The translations under genes were made by a program, and so were the position numbers. A stretch of 63,455 nucleotides of DNA, the filler included, from an uncultured Ignavibacteriales bacterium (GTDB taxonomy: Bacteria; Zixibacteria; MSB-5A5; GN15; JAAZOE01): the NCBI GenBank assembly GCA_964611355.1. It is 21 parts of 21 records of this genome, joined end to end, with 100 filler letters (N's around TTAATTAATTAA, not from the genome) between each part and the next. Parts side by side here need not be neighbours in the genome. Positions count along the whole stretch, not along the records: positions 58,459 to 60,175 come from CAZSYD010000108.1; positions 60,276 to 61,820 come from CAZSYD010000109.1; positions 61,921 to 63,455 come from CAZSYD010000110.1; 18 more parts are not named here. The stretch is one strand, 5' to 3'. Of this stretch, positions 59,181-63,455 are shown one piece after another. The first letter of the stretch is position 1. Every line of letters starts with the position of its first letter. The notes under the pieces were generated by a model. It was not told the DNA's origin and made no database searches. It worked only from the letters and a program-made list of their open reading frames with translations.

Positions 59181-60175
59181 TTACTTTTTTTTGAAGATAT
59201 TCTTGATAAGTTTTTCGGCTTCCTTTTTGAGGGCGTCTTTTGCCTTTTCTTTTACAACCTCGTTGTCGGTGGAAATATTGGATATGGTCGGCCGATCATA
59301 AGAGCCGCTGATATTAAATTTCAGCCTGACCCGCCCCTTGTCATCCTGCAACAGTCCGCCAAACAGGTTGAAATTCTTTGAATATTGCTCTGAGAGGTAC
59401 AGACCCACGCGAAGGTCGAGATTTTTGTCGATAAAGGCTACCGTACCGTCTATGTTCCAGTCGCCCATCTCGGAAAACAATCTCGTGCCGTCGAGAATCA
59501 GTTTTCCTTCGCGGATTTTAGCGGCCGTGGAGAGATCTCGGATTTTCTCTTCCTCAAAAGTCTTGAATCCGAATTGATCGGCCATATTGGTAATCAAATC
59601 GAAATTAACCAGTTGCCCCTCTTTCATGGACAGATTGCCGTCGGCATTGACCGAACGGATAAAATCGTCGAGTTCGCTTCCTCGTCCGGATAACGAACCG
59701 CTCAAATTCATTTTCCCGAAAAGATGACCGTCGATATTGGCAAATCGAGCCATGAAGTCGTTGGCTTCAATATCATTTCCGGCAAAGGAGCAGCCTATCG
59801 CCGGTTGATACATATCATTGATGTCAATCGTTCCTTCACTTGCGACATTACCCGTATAGAGTTGTCCTCCGGCGTTCTTATAAGTTATAATCCCGTCACT
59901 GTAGGAAACGTCCGCTGTCAAATCGGTAAACTCTACCCCGCGGAATTTAAATGTATCGACACGGACACTACCGCCCGCTTCAATATCTGGCAGGAAAATC
60001 GGCGCGGCGGCTTCACCCGACGCACCTTCGGTAACCATGCCGGAAGCAGCAAGTTCTTCTTCCTCTGGAATCAGGATATCGTAGTTCACGAGAGGGGCAT
60101 GGAGGTTATAATCGAGATACGGTTTTTTATGTCCCTTTTGAGGTTGGACAAAATGGGCAAATCCGTTTTTCAGGC
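59181..60175 (-). CDS. AsmA-family protein, C-terminal part
   Basis: In-frame continuation of 7295..8820 (...KGHKKPYLDYNLHAPLVNYDIL...); AsmA-like C-terminus ISGSYDRP. Confidence 0.8.
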
Positions 60176-60275
60176 NNNNNNNNNNNNNNNNNNNNNNNNN
60201 NNNNNNNNNNNNNNNNNNNTTAATTAATTAANNNNNNNNNNNNNNNNNNNNNNNNNNNNNNNNNNNNNNNNNNNN

Positions 60276-61408
60276 GTCGGGCCGAATACCTCTTCATGGT
60301 GAATAGTAGCATCAGGCGGTACGTTTTCCAATACCGTCGGGTCATATAACGCACCGTTACGTTTTCCGCCGGTCAGGACAACAGCGCTCTTCGCAACCGC
60401 ATCATTAACCCAACTCTCCACACGTTTGGCTTCCGTTTCGGTAATCATCGGCCCCATGTCGGTTTCTTCTTTCATCTTGTCGCCGATTTTGTACTGCTTC
60501 GTGCGGGCGACAAAGCTCGTCTTGAATTGGTCATAAATGTCGCGGTGAACCAGGAGCCGCTGAACCCCGATACAATTCTGTCCCGCCGCCCAGAAAGCGC
60601 CCGAGACGCACGATTCAACCGCCAGTTCGAGATCGGCGTCTTTCCAGACGATAACCGGCGAGTTGGAACCCAGCTCCATGCCGATCTTTTTTATTCCCGC
60701 CCGCGCGGCGATATGTTTGCCTGCTTCCACGCCGCCGGTAAATGAAATCATTCTGACTCGTTCATCCGATACCAGCACGTCGCCGATTTTCGAGCCGTAA
60801 CCGGTAATTACCTGGATCGCCTTTGGCGGCAGTCCCGCTTCGAGCATCGCTTCGACCAGCTTGATTGCCGACAGCGGCGTAACCGTTGCCGGTTTTAGAA
60901 TTACGGAATTACCCGCGGCAACGGCCGGTCCAAGCTTATGAGCGACCAGGTTCAGCGGATCGTTGAAAGGCGTGATGGCCAGCACCACGCCGATCGGGAA
61001 ACGATAATAATAGCCGCGGCGCTTTTCGCCGCCCGGAAATGAATCAAACGGAATCGTTTCGCCAAGGATGCGTTTGGCTTCTTCAGCCGAGGCGACCAGC
61101 GTATTCACACAGCGCGACGCTTCTTTTCTTGCCTCCCGAATGGTCTTTGATCCTTCCCTGGCAATGATAGCGGCATATTCTTCGAGCCGATCGGAAATAA
61201 TCTCCGCTGCCTTAAACAATATTTGCGCCCGGTCGTAAACGGTCATCTTTTTGGTGATTTCAAAACCGCTGACCGCGGCTGCCAGCGCAGTCTCCGCATC
61301 CTGTGTGGTTCCTTTGGGCACTGTGTCGATGATGGAATTGTCGAAAGGATCGGTTACGTTTATTTTTTCGTCCCGGTCAACCCATCGACCGTCAAGCAGA
61401 ATCTTCAT
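60276..61408 (-). CDS. NAD(P)-dependent aldehyde dehydrogenase, 3'-truncated
   Basis: ITPFNDPL, LKPA, FTGG, MELGSN, AGQNCIG, EEVFGP. Confidence 0.92.
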
Positions 61409-61820
61409 CGTTTGCCTCCCGCGTGGATAATATCTATCAGGGCGCTGTAACCGGTTTCGGTCCGGCCTGCGCCGGGGCCGACGATGGTAACGTCGCCGAG
61501 CGTTCCGGTCGTGATGGTTACGGCGTTGGTGGCTCCCATGATGCCCGCCAAGGGATGCGTCATATCTATTTCTTCGGGAGCGACGCTCGCTTTGACCTTA
61601 TCGCCGTCGCGCCAAACTTTGCCGATCAATTTATAGCGTTTACCGCGAGACTTTGCTTCGGAAATGGCATCGGCGGTGATGTCGGTGATTCCTTTGCACG
61701 GGAAATCGTCCGGTTTGCAATCGGCGCCGAATACGGTGTTGGCCAAAATGGTCACCTTGGCCAGGGCGTCCCACCCCAGCACATCGGCGTCGGGAACGGC
61801 TTCGGCGTAACCAAGCTCCT
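61405..61820 (-). CDS. hom: Homoserine dehydrogenase, C-terminal part (no ACT domain)
   Basis: LGYAEAVPDADVLGWDALAK, GPGAGRTETG; ATGA overlap with the aldehyde dehydrogenase. Confidence 0.85.
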
Positions 61821-62127
61821 NNNNNNNNNNNNNNNNNNNNNNNNNNNNNNNNNNNNNNNNNNNNTTAATTAATTAANNNNNNNNNNNNNNNNNNNNNNNN
61901 NNNNNNNNNNNNNNNNNNNNTGCATTCCGGTTCGGCGCCGTTTTATATTATTTTTCCCTGATTTGCCATGCCTTTTTTATCCCGCCCTCCGAAAGCAATT
62001 CCGAGTACGCGTATTGGCCATTCCAGCGGGCAACCATATATTCTCAAGTAAGTGAATATTCTTTGATGGTCGGGATGTTGCAGAGATAAATATCGCGCCG
62101 TAGCTGACCCCGGCCCGTTGCGTGAAG

Positions 62128-63455
62128 TTATGGAATTCGAAAGGTTATATGACTTGGTATTGCCTTGCTGAAACGCCTGAGATGCTCGGCGTAACCAGGC
62201 AGCTTTTGCCTGTCTACCTGATAAAGGTACGACTGATGTCGGCGACATACAATCAATCGCCCGGATTCCTCGGAGAAAGTAATGGTCAGGGTCCCGAAGT
62301 CGTCAGATAAACTGGTATCAGGAGGTAAGTCCTGAAGACTCCAGCCTTTCGGGGTAGTTATTATCAACGAGTCTGCGAACGTCAGGGGAAATTCAAGATC
62401 GAGGCTTTGTGTGCGACCCGATTGGACCGCCAGCTCGCGATCACGAAAGGCGGATAAAAAAGAAATATCCATATACTGTTTGTCGCTGGCTTTTATTACC
62501 GCATTTGTCATACGTCCAAAAAAGCGAATTTCACCTTCATTAGTTTGATTATCGATTGAGTCGCAACTCATGCTGTCAATACGAATCTTTTCAGAAATAC
62601 CAATGTATTCGTGAATTGATAAACGTCTAAGATTATCCTCAAACAACTTGTACTTGTTTTGGGCGTGAAACCAGTGCATCGGATTGCCGATCAGGCGGAT
62701 CGTAAAGGCAGCGGTAATTGACCGATCCGGATGCAGAGTAATTTCAGCCGTACGGAATGTCATATTTTCATTTGCAGTGGAAGCCGGTGTGCGGATAAGT
62801 CCGCTTCCTTCGATTGTTCCGGGAAGTGTATATATATTTTCGACTGATTTGGGAAGATCACCGACGCGGCAAAACCGGCAGGTAGGATCAACCCAGATAG
62901 TATCGTCTTCAACGACGGCAAAAAGAATCATATGATTAAAGTTATTCAGGCCCGGAGCGTCCGGATTGGTTGTGCCCTCATTCCGGGTCAGAGCCAGCGC
63001 CGTATATGCCTCAATACCGAGATGCCGAAGGACAGATACATACAAAGTACTTAAGTCTTTACAATCTCCGTATCCGCGTGCAAAGGTTTCATGGCAGGCT
63101 GTCGGCAGCCAGTTACCAATACCAATTTCAATTCCAATATAGCGCATTTTGGAATATAATTGCCGATGAAGGTCGGTAATGATATCCCGGGGATGCCGGC
63201 CGGCATGCGATAATCCTTTGGCGAACTGCATAAGAGAATCGTCGGGCTCAAGACGCTTTTTAGTCATGGCGTAATAGTCGCGACTCAAAGTGGTCCAATC
63301 GGTTCCGTCGAATTTGTATTTCTCCAACTTGTACATTCGGGGGGTAAACTGTACCGCAATGTAATCCGCGATATTTGGGGGCGTATAGTCTTCATCTTTA
63401 AAGGCCGGGATATCGGTCAGTTCCCAGCGGTAAATTCTGCGTTTTCCATCTTTGG
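62128..63455 (-). CDS. Transglutaminase-like (DUF3857-associated) protein, 5'-truncated
   Basis: MRYIGIEIGIG, GYGDCKDLS, FNHMIL, WVDPT catalytic-triad motifs. Confidence 0.85.
   Translation of the reverse strand, partial: KDGKRRIYRWELTDIPAFKDEDYTPPNIADYIAVQFTPRMYKLEKYKFDGTDWTTLSRDYYAMTKKRLEPDDSLMQFAKGLSHAGRHPRDIITDLHRQLYSKMRYIGIEIGIGNWLPTACHETFARGYGDCKDLSTLYVSVLRHLGIEAYTALALTRNEGTTNPDAPGLNNFNHMILFAVVEDDTIWVDPTCRFCRVGDLPKSVENIYTLPGTIEGSGLIRTPASTANENMTFRTAEITLHPDRSITAAFTIRLIGNPMHWFHAQNKYKLFEDNLRRLSIHEYIGISEKIRIDSMSCDSIDNQTNEGEIRFFGRMTNAVIKASDKQYMDISFLSAFRDRELAVQSGRTQSLDLEFPLTFADSLIITTPKGWSLQDLPPDTSLSDDFGTLTITFSEESGRLIVCRRHQSYLYQVDRQKLPGYAEHLRRFSKAIPSHITFRIP

Noticed and set aside
4379..61920. 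Regularly recurring TTAATTAATTAA flanked by N runs
   Set aside because: Artificial scaffolding linker. ORFs ending in X-runs are artefacts, and adjacency across linkers (e.g. restriction genes next to GT-C or EB_dh-like genes) is not biological

Overview
This window is not contiguous DNA. It is 21 short contigs (about 4.4 to 1.5 kb, in decreasing length) from a draft or metagenome-assembled bacterial genome, joined by 20 artificial 100-nt linkers (N44-TTAATTAATTAA-N44). Gene neighbourhoods therefore mean something only within a contig. A C-terminal dockerin-like tail and several FlgD/T9SS-type C-terminal domains suggest a Zixibacteria-like or FCB-related anaerobe (inference). Exact 55-nt end overlaps let several contigs be re-joined in frame: rpe-pgi-glk-ompA; iscS-mnmA-asmA-cysE; a complete RqcH/NFACT gene; and putP followed by a collapsed tandem pair of GT-C glycosyltransferases. 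Housekeeping content includes glk, a pgi-like gene, rpe, iscS, mnmA, cysE, tRNA-Glu(CTC), pepF, archease-rtcB, comM, hom and an aldehyde dehydrogenase. The strongest candidates for undescribed biology are: (1) an orphan GlmL/MutL-like ASKHA ATPase module with two uncharacterised partner genes; (2) a family of dispersed non-coding elements built around ATGACAAAAC(G/A)AACCCA; (3) three paralogous GT-C transferases, two of them with near-identical N-terminal halves but divergent periplasmic loops; (4) a P-loop NTPase with seven 141-bp TPR repeats; (5) an antisense ORF reading into the tRNA-Glu 3' end, suggesting an integrated element; (6) two DOMON/EB_dh-like lipoproteins with a CX3CH motif; (7) an unannotated 37-aa membrane peptide coupled to putP. 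No CRISPR array, rRNA, reverse transcriptase or intact transposase is visible. All family assignments come from motif recognition, not database searches.
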